Assembly (NCBI GenBank): GCA_040222015.1
Contig: JAVJWO010000159.1
Span: 1 to 64,000 of the forward strand
Origin: Coleofasciculus chthonoplastes F2-STO-03
GTDB lineage: Bacteria > Cyanobacteriota > Cyanobacteriia > Cyanobacteriales > Coleofasciculaceae
Direction: 5' to 3'
Length of the DNA: 64,000 bases
The stretch's first letter is position 1; every line of letters begins with the position of its first letter. The notes under the pieces are model-generated. The model did no database searches. It saw only the letters and a program-made list of their open reading frames with translations, and had not been told where the DNA came from. Shown one piece after another: positions 31,801-40,815 of the stretch. Made by a program: the position numbers and the translations under genes.

Positions 31801-34273
31801 TGAGCAAGCCTTGGAACTTGTCCTCAAGAATGAAGAATTAAAATTATTAACGGAAGAAGAAGTTCGCAGTAAAATTGCTTCAGTTTATAATAACTCACAA
31901 TACCAAGCCGCATTAGAATCATACCAGGAACTTCTTGCCAATCCACGAAACAGTGAAAATTCTTCGCTTCTTAACAAAATTGGCACCGTTTACAAAAACT
32001 TAGGGCAATACCAAGCTGCCCTCGAATCCTACGAGCAAGCCTTAGCAATTATCCGCAAGCAGAAGCAGCGATTGCCAAACTTTACTCCTGATAACAAAGA
32101 AGGAATAATCTTGAATAACGTTGGCGCAGTTTACGAGGACTTAGGGCAGTATCAAGCCGCCTTAGAATCTTATCAACAAGCCTTAACAATTGTCCGCAGT
32201 TTGAATGGGCGGGGTACGACTCTAATTAATATTGGTTCAGTTTATGAAAAAATGGGACAGCATCAAGCTGCCTTGGCGTCTTTCCAGCAAGCGTTAGCCG
32301 TTGCTCGTGGCATAAACTCTCGTCCTGCGGAAGGGATAATTCTAATTAATATTGGTCAAGTTTATGACCGTGTGGGACAACCGCAAGCAGCTTTGGATGC
32401 CTATCAGCAAGCCCTAGCCATTGTGCGTGAGGTAGATAATCGGGCTGGCGAAGGATGGGCGCTCAATAATATTGGGGAAGCTTACTCGACTCTGGGACAG
32501 TATCAAACCGCTCTAGAGTATTACCAGCAAGCTTTAGCAATTCGGGAAGAGGTTGGCGATCGCGCTGGTAAAGGAGTAACGCTCTACAACATTGGTGCTG
32601 CATTAGAAGCACAAAATAAACTGGAATTAGCGATTATTTTCTATAAGCAATCGGTTCAAATCCGAGAAGAAATTCGGCGGGATATTCAGGGATTGCCCCA
32701 AGACCAGCAAGACTCTTATACCCAAACCATTGCTGAGGATTATCGCCATTTAGCTGACGTATTATTACAACAAAACCGCATCTTAGAAGCCCAGCGGGTG
32801 CTAGATTTACTCAAAGTCCAAGAACTTGAAGATTATTTGCGTAATGTACGAGGAAATCAAGCCACTGCCCAAGGTGTAATAAACTTGCCGCCTGAACAAC
32901 AGTTTAAAGACAATTACCAAGCCAAGTTTATCGACCAAGCGATTGCTTTGGGTAAAGAACTCACCCAACTGCGACAGAAAACCAACCGCACACCTAAAGA
33001 TGAGCAGCGTCTTGTTGAACTCGTCAACACCCAAGAACAAATTATTGCTGATTTCAATACCTTTATCGAAAGTGAAGACGTCGAAGCCCTGATTGCTCAA
33101 CTTACTCCCAAGACCCGTAAACCTGATTTAGTAGACGATTTAGAAGACCTAATCGGCTTACAAGATAATCTCAAAAATCTCCAACAAAATGCTGTCCTTC
33201 TCTATCCCTTAATTCTCAATGACCGTATCGAACTCATCCTCACCACTCCCGACTCTCCCCCCATTCGCCGCACGGTTCCTATAACTAAAACACAACTGAA
33301 CCAGGCAATTGTTGACTTCCGTCAAGCCTTAAAAAACCCGACAATCAATGCAACACCCCCGGCACAAAAACTCTACAACTGGCTAATTAAACCCCTAGAA
33401 AATGACCTTGCCGCAGCCGCAGCCGAAACCATTATCTATGCACCCGATGGACAACTCCGCTACATTCCCTTAGCTGCCTTGCATGATGGTGAACAATGGT
33501 TAGTCCAACGCTATCGCATTAATAATATTACAGCGGCTTCTCTGACTGAACTTAATACCCAACCCAAAACCCAACTCAAAATTCTGGCTGGGGCATTTAC
33601 TCGCGGAAGCTACAGCTTTACTCTGGGTCAAGAACGCTTTGATTTTGGCGGTTTGCCTTATGCTGGCGTGGAAGTAGAAACCTTAGCCGAAACCGTTCCG
33701 AATACCACTCAACTCTTTGATCATGCCTTCAATCCTGAAGACACAAAACCGAAAATGGGCGACTATAACGTCTTGCATTTTGCCACCCATGGCGCAATTG
33801 TGCTAGGGACACCCGAAGATTCTTTTATTCTGTTTGGTGATGGGACTCCTGTTACCATTGCTGATGTCCGCAACTGGAACCTAAATAATGTGGATTTAGT
33901 GGTTCTTTCTGCCTGTGAAACTGGACTCGATGGCAATCTGGGTACAGGTGCAGAAATTCTCGGTCTAGGCTATCAGATGCAGAGGGCTGGTGCTAGGGCT
34001 TCTCTGGCTTCATTATGGACGGTGGATGATGGTGGCACTCAAGCCTTGATGAATGCCTTTTATGCGGCATGGCAAGGTGAGGCTATCACGAAAGCTGAAG
34101 CCCTGCGACAAGCCCAAATTGCTCTGATTACGGGTGATTATACGGCTTTGGGAGAACAACGAGGTGCGAGGGTAGCCGTGCGGGTGCGGAATGGGCTAAA
34201 ACCTGAAGTGGTGAATCGTCTCAGTCATCCTTATTATTGGGCACCGTTTATTTTAATTGGCAATGGGTTGTGA
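28865..34273 (+). CDS. Exported TPR-repeat CHAT protease (ORF extends to 28850)
   Basis: Signal peptide ending AQA, many YQQAL TPR units, LHFATHG and VLSACETG dyad, HPYYWAPFILIGNGL. Confidence 0.9.
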   Translation: MRIHLTHLSFATLLLWGIGVCLPPTLSLSPVVAQAQTTHEQETQADRLFQTGTEQFRQGQLKQALQTYQQALTIHREQGNPLPEAETLNQLGEVYNGLSQYTQAQEVLQQALTIFRQQQHSLGEGLALNHLGESYRNLGQLQTALKHHEQALAIMGQLDNRTQEAATLHNIASVYEIQGQYENAIKFYEQALAIQRKEKDRLGEGRSLIGLGNTYIHWKRYQNSLQNADKDLKLYQDALQAYEQALVIMRELGDSPQGDNYAARVGESWSLNGLGMAYASLNTTDAEDVLKFYEQALVIMREVGNRAGEATVLFNIGRDQRFQGQFDRFGESQFDPLFDPIREYRQISLDFYEQALAIVREIGYRPLEAEILKKLGDRGEKWEIKLEFYQQAFTVVREVRNSPLTDIILRNISRSYNALGYLQTAQEYREQALAIRRELGIKEDPSPWQGATLVTYRKVNDKLTLVTRLEGEAVIYYEQGDAHANRQRYQAALESYQQALTIVRQQGNRSWEWVILNQIGKAYQGLEQLQPALAAYQQSVVIRREVYKQAQQEPIPYTIRVANLVHSVSRNYTVEGILLEEAISNGVIRLGEGEPITTPIKITEGLTVTAGWRDSSDFSLQNEEEETLTNLGDIYQMLGQYQAALKPYEEALAIVREETDGNYHEQGQIIFKQMGKVYEKLGQHQAALESYQQALKIANGENAHQGQIDQIPILLTQIGKAYETLEQYQAALESYQKALKIAQENRIQYRIKETGYRQAGIAYEKPNEEVILNSIGTVYEKLGQPQLAQDYREQAFTFKRNMGNPPEEITIGKAILLTEIGKNENQQTLVQVHRLEGESATLVAAGNTANNQAALESYQQALAIVRQQSNRPWEGIILHLIGSVYEKRGQNQAALESYQQALAFIQEIDNHPGEQATLLMLYGGGAGDIIDIRSESGKVTTFNRAGGVILWTPEAEELLIKIGDSYKSIGQNQAALKSYEQALELVLKNEELKLLTEEEVRSKIASVYNNSQYQAALESYQELLANPRNSENSSLLNKIGTVYKNLGQYQAALESYEQALAIIRKQKQRLPNFTPDNKEGIILNNVGAVYEDLGQYQAALESYQQALTIVRSLNGRGTTLINIGSVYEKMGQHQAALASFQQALAVARGINSRPAEGIILINIGQVYDRVGQPQAALDAYQQALAIVREVDNRAGEGWALNNIGEAYSTLGQYQTALEYYQQALAIREEVGDRAGKGVTLYNIGAALEAQNKLELAIIFYKQSVQIREEIRRDIQGLPQDQQDSYTQTIAEDYRHLADVLLQQNRILEAQRVLDLLKVQELEDYLRNVRGNQATAQGVINLPPEQQFKDNYQAKFIDQAIALGKELTQLRQKTNRTPKDEQRLVELVNTQEQIIADFNTFIESEDVEALIAQLTPKTRKPDLVDDLEDLIGLQDNLKNLQQNAVLLYPLILNDRIELILTTPDSPPIRRTVPITKTQLNQAIVDFRQALKNPTINATPPAQKLYNWLIKPLENDLAAAAAETIIYAPDGQLRYIPLAALHDGEQWLVQRYRINNITAASLTELNTQPKTQLKILAGAFTRGSYSFTLGQERFDFGGLPYAGVEVETLAETVPNTTQLFDHAFNPEDTKPKMGDYNVLHFATHGAIVLGTPEDSFILFGDGTPVTIADVRNWNLNNVDLVVLSACETGLDGNLGTGAEILGLGYQMQRAGARASLASLWTVDDGGTQALMNAFYAAWQGEAITKAEALRQAQIALITGDYTALGEQRGARVAVRVRNGLKPEVVNRLSHPYYWAPFILIGNGL

Positions 34274-34352
34274 TTGGGAGTATGTCACCTGGACTTGATA
34301 TCACGCTGTAAGCCATACGGCAATCACCACCAGAGACTTTTTTCCAGTTAAC

Positions 34353-34383
34353 TGCATAAATCGCAAAACTCCATCCTAATAAG
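34353..34383 (+). promoter_or_regulatory. Putative alternative-sigma promoter TGCATA-N17-CTAATAAG upstream of the lanthipeptide precursor
   Basis: Exact consensus. Confidence 0.7.
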
Positions 34384-34484
34384 CCAGTTAAAGGGTTTGA
34401 GGCGTTAAACGAATGGCACGTTTGTTGGAGTGAGCTTCTTTTTGGTTGTATTGCCAAGGCTTTTCCGAAATAGTTCTTCCAAAG

Positions 34485-34515
34485 TGCATAAATCTGAAAA
34501 CGCCACCCTAATAAG
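34485..34515 (+). promoter_or_regulatory. Second promoter copy TGCATA-N17-CTAATAAG, 55 bp before the precursor ATG
   Basis: Exact consensus; 132 bp after the previous copy. Confidence 0.7.
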
Positions 34516-34570
34516 CCCAACTGTAAGGGGTCAAACCCGAATACACCAATAAAACTTAAGGAGAAAAAGC

Positions 34571-34843
34571 ATGTCAAACATTGACATCATTCGCGCTTGG
34601 AAAGATGAAGAGTATCGCCAGAGCCTGAGTGAAGAGCAGCGATCGCAGTTGCCGGAGAATCCCGCAGGTTCCCTAGAATTGGCGGAGCAGGATATGCAAA
34701 ACCTTGTTGGTGGTGCATCAACATCTTTGAAGAATGGCTCCCAACCTCTTCAGTTAAGCTTATGGTCGTGGCTTTCCAATTGTAAGAACATTAGCAACGC
34801 CATGTCATCAACCTCAACCTGTTGCTGTTACAGCATTCCCTAA
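34571..34843 (+). CDS. lanA: Class II lanthipeptide precursor (mersacidin/lichenicidin-type leader)
   Basis: DIIRAWKDEEYRQSLS...LPENPAG..EL leader, double-Gly site LVGG, Ser/Thr/Cys-rich core; RBS AAGGAG. Confidence 0.92.
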   Translation: MSNIDIIRAWKDEEYRQSLSEEQRSQLPENPAGSLELAEQDMQNLVGGASTSLKNGSQPLQLSLWSWLSNCKNISNAMSSTSTCCCYSIP

Positions 34844-34994
34844 TTTCACACATCTTCATCCATGCCATTACATGGGTGAGATCATTGAAGCTTAGGGTAT
34901 TTTGCCATCAGCGGAGCCTTCGCTCATGACATTGGGTGAGCGCTCATTGCTCACCCAACTTGACCAGAAATTACTGTTGCCATAGAGGTATACT

Positions 34995-37900
34995 ATGACG
35001 CCATCAGAGGATACAAGCAACTCGACAATCAAAGAAAATCCATTTCCAAAAGTCCCTGTACCTCGCCCCTCAAGTCCATCCACCGCTTGGTATCACTCCC
35101 TAACGTTAACAGAACGGATAGCATCGCTGCGTACTTGTGCTGATCATAAACCAAAACATAACATAGATGGGAAATTGGCTGAACGTCGTCTAGAACGCTG
35201 GCGTTCCCAATTTTCAGAAAAAACGTTTTTTGAGCAACGTCTAGCACTCGATGGTATTAATGAAAAAGAGTTTTTGCAGGTACTGGGTGAGCCGATAAAT
35301 GCCGTTCAGTATCGCTGCTCTATCCCTCCCAAATGGGTCAAACATCTTACCCAAGCCTTTGCTCGTCCCATGTCTTTCGATGCAGTAGCGCTACTCAAAC
35401 AATGGAACAAAAAACCCGAAGTCGGATTTCTTTATGTGATCGAGCCTTTGTTGCGCCAAGGCATTGACAATCTCCGGCAAGGAATTCAGAAGCTAGTCAC
35501 GGCACACGCTTCCCTACCGTTTGACCCAGACACCATCGAAGCCATACTTTTGGCAAATTGGTCTCAGGAATTACTCCATCTATTAAACCGCACCCTAGTC
35601 CTAGAACTCAACGTGGCTCGGTTACAGGGACGGCTCAAAGGGGATACCCCTCAAGAGCGCTTTGAGAGCTTCATTCAGCGGCTACGTCAGCGGGATGTGG
35701 CGTTTACCCTCCTCGAAGAATACCCGGTTTTAGCTCGCCAACTCCTGCTCCATATTCATCATCTCCGTTGCTTTAGTCTTGAGTTTCTTACTCACCTTTG
35801 TCAAGATTGGCATACCCTGCAAACAACTCTAGGAACTCATAAAACATCGGACAAATTATCCCAGTTAGAGGGGAACTTAGGAGACAAACATCGGGGCGGA
35901 CGGTCAGTACTCATTGCCACATTCACCTCTGGATGGAAAGTTGTTTATAAACCGAAATCATTAGGCATTGATGTCCATTTTCAGGAACTCTTATCCTGGT
36001 TGAACCAACGCGGTAATCACCCAACGTTGCGAACGTTAAACGTTCTCAACCGGGGTGACTACGGATGGGTTGAATTCGTCACAGCACAGGGGTGTAAGAC
36101 AAAGGCTGAACTGGAACGATTCTACGAGCGACAAGGTACATACCTGGCAATTTTATATGCCTTGGGTGCCACTGATTTTCATTTCGAGAATCTGATTGCA
36201 GCGGGAGAACATCCGGTGCTTCTGGATTTAGAAGCCCTGTTTCATCCCCCCAGAGAACGCAGAGATGACAATACTGAGCAACTCGTTGTCAATAGACTCC
36301 TCCAGTCAGTATTGAAAGTCGGCTTATTACCCATGCGCCTTTGGTTCGATGCTCAGTCAGAGGGCTTAGATATCAGTGGTTTGGGTGCTACAGCGGGTCA
36401 GCTATCCCCTGATCCCCTCCCCTACTGGGAAGGAGCAGGTACAGATCAGATGCAACTCAAACGCAGCCGATTTCCGTTAAAAGCGGGTGATCATCGTCCC
36501 CAGTTGCCGGGACAAGAGGTGCGTCTCTTGGACTATATTCCATCCCTGCTCAAGGGTTTCACCGCGATGTACCGATTGCTCGTGAACCATCGCGAGCAAC
36601 TCCTGTGTGACTCAGGACCTCTGGCGGCTTTTCGTGAAGATGAGGTGCGTGTGATTCTGCGTCCAACTCGGTTCTATGGCATATTACTCCATGAGAGCTT
36701 TCACCCAGACGTTTTACGCGACGCCTTAAACCGCGATCGCCTGTTTGATCAACTTTGGAGTGAAGTCAAAAATGACTCGGATCTGGTTCGGGTGATCCCT
36801 GCGGAGCGAGAGGATCTAGAGCAAGGTGATATTCCGGCATTTTTTACCCATCCCGGTTCACGTCATTTGTGGAGTAGTTCCGGGAAACGGATTGACAACT
36901 TTTTTGATGAATCTACCATGTCCTCTCCGGAACGGCGTTTGCGTCAGTTGAGTGATCAGGATCTGGCTCAACAAACCTGGTATATCCGGGCATCGTTGGC
37001 AACCACCGTAACTGGAGATGAACGCAAACACGGGTCAGTCTCCCGACCGATAATTTCTCATCCTTCAAATACTAGTGTTGATCAGAATCAGTTTCTTGCT
37101 GCCGCCTTAGCCGTGGGAGAGCGACTTGAGTCCTTAGTGGTGCAAGGTGAAGAAAATGCCACTTGGGTTGGACTGACACTGGTTGACCAACGGAATTGGA
37201 TGCTGGTTTCCTCTGGACTAGACCTTTATACCGGGCTACCAGGTATCGCCCTTTTCCTTGCCTATCTTGGTGCCGTGACAAACCAAAAACGTTACACTGT
37301 CTTGGCTCAAGCGGCGATAAAAACGGTACGCCATCAAGTGGAACAGGTCAAGTCAGTGGTTACCTCGATTGGTGCCTTTACTGGATGGGGCGGAGTCATC
37401 TACACCCTCACTCACTTAGGAGTGCTGTGGGAACAACCCGAACTAATCGCTGAAGCCGAGCAAATTGCGGCATTACTCCCCAATTTAATCGAATCCGATC
37501 AGCAGTTTGATCTGATTGGTGGTGCAGCAGGATGTATTGCTAGTCTAATCGCTCTGCATCACCATTCCCCGTCTCCGTTAACGTTGCAAACGGCTGTCCA
37601 ATGCGGTGACTGGCTTCTGGCTCATGCTCAACCTATGGAGCGGGGTTTAGCTTGGATGGCGAATGGATTTAGTCAGAGTCCACTTTCCGGCTTTTCCCAT
37701 GGTGCCGCCGGTATCGCTTGGACGTTGTTCAAATTAGCAGCATTGACGGGTGAGCAGCGGTTTAACCAGGTTGCTCGACAAGCCATTGAATTTGAACGCA
37801 CCCTCTTTTGCCAGGAGCAAGGTAACTGGTTTGATCGGCGTGACGCTGAGATAACGGGACAGGGGACAGAGCAATCCTCGGCAAAGTTTATGAATGCATG

Positions 37901-38306
37901 GTGTAATGGTGCACCTGGAATTGGACTGGCTCGTCTGGGGTGTCTTCCCTATCTGGATGATCTTCAAATCAGAGCCGAGATTGACATCGCACTCAAAACC
38001 ACTCTGGCTGATGGTTTTGGTGGTAATCATTCCCTGTGTCACGGTGATTTAGGCAATCTGGAGTTACTCCTACAAGCCAGCCAAATCTTGGATGAACCCC
38101 AGTGGAAAACCCAAGTTGACCGCCTTGCTGCCATTATCCTTGACAGGATCAATCAACATGGTTGGCTCTGTGGCGTTCCTTTAGAAGTTGAGACTCCCGG
38201 ACTCATGACTGGACTAGCAGGGATTGGTTATGAGTTACTGCGACTAGCCGCACCAGAGCGTGTTCCCTCGGTGCTAACTCTGGAACCGCCTCTTATATCA
38301 AGTTAA
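34995..38306 (+). CDS. lanM: Class II lanthipeptide synthetase LanM
   Basis: GDKHRGG, VVYKPKS, TDFHFENL, LDLEALF, RPTRFY dehydratase motifs; GFSHG, WCNG, LCHG cyclase motifs. Confidence 0.95.
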   Translation: MTPSEDTSNSTIKENPFPKVPVPRPSSPSTAWYHSLTLTERIASLRTCADHKPKHNIDGKLAERRLERWRSQFSEKTFFEQRLALDGINEKEFLQVLGEPINAVQYRCSIPPKWVKHLTQAFARPMSFDAVALLKQWNKKPEVGFLYVIEPLLRQGIDNLRQGIQKLVTAHASLPFDPDTIEAILLANWSQELLHLLNRTLVLELNVARLQGRLKGDTPQERFESFIQRLRQRDVAFTLLEEYPVLARQLLLHIHHLRCFSLEFLTHLCQDWHTLQTTLGTHKTSDKLSQLEGNLGDKHRGGRSVLIATFTSGWKVVYKPKSLGIDVHFQELLSWLNQRGNHPTLRTLNVLNRGDYGWVEFVTAQGCKTKAELERFYERQGTYLAILYALGATDFHFENLIAAGEHPVLLDLEALFHPPRERRDDNTEQLVVNRLLQSVLKVGLLPMRLWFDAQSEGLDISGLGATAGQLSPDPLPYWEGAGTDQMQLKRSRFPLKAGDHRPQLPGQEVRLLDYIPSLLKGFTAMYRLLVNHREQLLCDSGPLAAFREDEVRVILRPTRFYGILLHESFHPDVLRDALNRDRLFDQLWSEVKNDSDLVRVIPAEREDLEQGDIPAFFTHPGSRHLWSSSGKRIDNFFDESTMSSPERRLRQLSDQDLAQQTWYIRASLATTVTGDERKHGSVSRPIISHPSNTSVDQNQFLAAALAVGERLESLVVQGEENATWVGLTLVDQRNWMLVSSGLDLYTGLPGIALFLAYLGAVTNQKRYTVLAQAAIKTVRHQVEQVKSVVTSIGAFTGWGGVIYTLTHLGVLWEQPELIAEAEQIAALLPNLIESDQQFDLIGGAAGCIASLIALHHHSPSPLTLQTAVQCGDWLLAHAQPMERGLAWMANGFSQSPLSGFSHGAAGIAWTLFKLAALTGEQRFNQVARQAIEFERTLFCQEQGNWFDRRDAEITGQGTEQSSAKFMNAWCNGAPGIGLARLGCLPYLDDLQIRAEIDIALKTTLADGFGGNHSLCHGDLGNLELLLQASQILDEPQWKTQVDRLAAIILDRINQHGWLCGVPLEVETPGLMTGLAGIGYELLRLAAPERVPSVLTLEPPLISS

Positions 38307-38547
38307 ACCGTCTTGGGTTGTGTCGCCGATGGAAAAGGTGAGGAAGGTAGGGGCGGGTTTCACTGTTATCGTTTCTTATCTCACCCAGATGCGACTAAAC
38401 CCACCCCGGTTCCAGACGTAGCTTAAGGCTGGTGGGTTGAGCGAAGTCGAAACCCACCCTACGGTATATCAATGGTTTTGGTGATCCAAAATTATAAATT
38501 TTCAGTGCCATTCGTCCTATTTCCTTGAAATGCCACTCGGTATAACC

Positions 38548-40695
38548 ATGAAATTCCAGCTTATTCAACAGCATAGCGAAGAAGACTGCGGTGCGGCTTG
38601 TCTGGCTTCTATTGCTAAATATTATGGTCGTACCTTCACCCTCAACCGAATGCGGCAAGCTGTGGGAACTCGACAGGATGGAACCACTTTATTAGGGTTG
38701 AAACGGGGCGCTGAAGTTCTCGGTTTTAATGCCCGGGGGATTAAAGCGCCTCTCGATGTTGTGAATAAAAAAGCCGTACCTCTGCCAGCAATTATTCACT
38801 GGAAAGGCTATCACTGGGTAGTTTTGTATGGCAAACGGAATAATAAATACGTTGTTGCTGATCCCAGTGTCGGTATCCGTTATCTTTCCAAAAAGTGGCT
38901 CATGGAAGCCTGGACGGGTGGGGTTATGCTGCTGCTTGAACCTGATCCAGTCCGCTTTTTTGCCCAACCCGATGAACAAGAGAAAATTGGCGGATTGGGT
39001 CGCTTTCTTCGGCGTATTTTACCCTACCGCGCCCTGCTTGCCCAAACTTTGTTGCTTAATGTTGTACTCGGTTTACTCTCCCTAGCTTCTCCATTCCTGC
39101 TACAACTCCTCACCGATGATGTCCTTGTGCGAGGGGATACCCAACTCCTAACCAGTGTCGCGATCGCAGTCATTGTTATGCACCTGGTTAGCAGTAGTTT
39201 ACGACTTGCCCAATCTAACCTAATTGCCCACTTTGCCCAGCGTCTGGAATTAGGACTCATCTTGGACTTCGCACGGCAAATTCTGCGCCTGCCCCTAGAT
39301 TACTATGAATCCCGTCGCAGTGGCGAAATTGCTAGTCGATTGCGGGATATTCAGGAAATTAATCAGTTGGTTGCTCAGGTGGTTGTTTCCCTACCGAGTC
39401 AGTTTTTTATTGCTCTGATTTCGGTGATTTGCATGGTATTCTATAGCGCTAAACTTACCGCTGTTGCTGGTGTAATTGCTCTGTTTATGACCCTCTCAAC
39501 GGTCATATTTATGCCCACGTTACACCAAAAAACTCGTTCTGTCTTAGTCACTGAAGCCGAAAATCAAGGGGTTTTAGTCGAAACCTTTAAAGGCGCTCTC
39601 ACTCTAAAAACCACAACAGCCGCACCTCAATTCTGGGAAGAATTCCAAGGTCGCTTTGGTCGTCTGGCGACTCTCACTCTGGGGACAAATCAAATTGGCA
39701 TTATCAATGGAATCTTCTCTAATTTAGTCTCTAGTATCGGTAGCATTACCCTACTCTGGTTCGGTAGCACGTTGGTGATTCAACAAGAGTTAACGATTGG
39801 GATGCTCTTGGCGTTTAACAGCATGAATGGTAATTTTACAAACTTAATTGATACCCTAATTCGCTTTGTCGATGAATTCACCCGCGCCAAAACTGCCACC
39901 CAGCGTTTTACTGAAGTAATTGATACGCCACCGGAAACCAAAGACGATAGTCAAAAACCCTGGGTTCGGATTCCTAGTAATGCTGACATTATCTGCACTA
40001 ATCTTAACTTTCACCACGCGGGTAGAGTGTCTTTGCTGCAAGACTTTTCCCTAAGGTTTCCTGGGGGTAAAGTGATTGCCCTAATTGGCAAATCTGGCTG
40101 TGGTAAAAGTACCCTGGCTAAACTCATTGCTAGTCTATATCCGCTCCAGTCGGGTAATATTCGCTTTGGTATTTATAATCAACAGGATTTGTGCCTCAAT
40201 GGTTTGCGACAACAGGTTGTGCTAGTTCCCCAAGACGCCCACTTTTGGCGTCGCTCAATTGTGGAAAACTTCCGCCTCGGTGATCCTCACGTTTCTTTTG
40301 AGCAGATTGTACAAGCTTGTCAGATTACGGGGGCTGACGAGTTTATCAGTCAATTGCCAGATAAATATCAAACCGTATTAGGAGAATTTGGGGCAAATAT
40401 TTCCGGTGGACAACGACAGCGATTAGCGATTGCTAGAGCAATTGTTAATCATCCACCCGTGCTGATTTTAGATGAGTCTACAGGCGCTCTTGATCCGGTT
40501 AGCGAAACTGAGGTTTTGACCCGATTACTAGCTCATCGTCAAGGTCAAACAACGATTTTGATTAGTCATCGTCCTCGAGTGATTCAACGGGCAGATTGGA
40601 TCGTTATGTTGGAGTCTGGAACATTGAAATTACAAGGTTATGTTGATAATTTACAAAAACAAACAGGTGAGCATTTAGATTTTTTAATTCCTTAA
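38548..40695 (+). CDS. lanT: Peptidase C39-containing ABC transporter (LanT-type; ORF extends to 38530)
   Basis: QHSEEDCGAACLA, HWVV, ADP catalytic residues; GKSGCGKST, ISGGQRQR, LILDE. Confidence 0.92.
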   Translation: MKFQLIQQHSEEDCGAACLASIAKYYGRTFTLNRMRQAVGTRQDGTTLLGLKRGAEVLGFNARGIKAPLDVVNKKAVPLPAIIHWKGYHWVVLYGKRNNKYVVADPSVGIRYLSKKWLMEAWTGGVMLLLEPDPVRFFAQPDEQEKIGGLGRFLRRILPYRALLAQTLLLNVVLGLLSLASPFLLQLLTDDVLVRGDTQLLTSVAIAVIVMHLVSSSLRLAQSNLIAHFAQRLELGLILDFARQILRLPLDYYESRRSGEIASRLRDIQEINQLVAQVVVSLPSQFFIALISVICMVFYSAKLTAVAGVIALFMTLSTVIFMPTLHQKTRSVLVTEAENQGVLVETFKGALTLKTTTAAPQFWEEFQGRFGRLATLTLGTNQIGIINGIFSNLVSSIGSITLLWFGSTLVIQQELTIGMLLAFNSMNGNFTNLIDTLIRFVDEFTRAKTATQRFTEVIDTPPETKDDSQKPWVRIPSNADIICTNLNFHHAGRVSLLQDFSLRFPGGKVIALIGKSGCGKSTLAKLIASLYPLQSGNIRFGIYNQQDLCLNGLRQQVVLVPQDAHFWRRSIVENFRLGDPHVSFEQIVQACQITGADEFISQLPDKYQTVLGEFGANISGGQRQRLAIARAIVNHPPVLILDESTGALDPVSETEVLTRLLAHRQGQTTILISHRPRVIQRADWIVMLESGTLKLQGYVDNLQKQTGEHLDFLIP

Positions 40696-40815
40696 TTGGG
40701 GCGGGTTTAGTTACATCTAGGTGCAACCGAAAAGATATTCGTGAAACCCGCCCCTACAGAGGCACTACATACTGTAAAAAGTCAGATTTATCCGCTCATT
40801 CTACTCATTATTACC

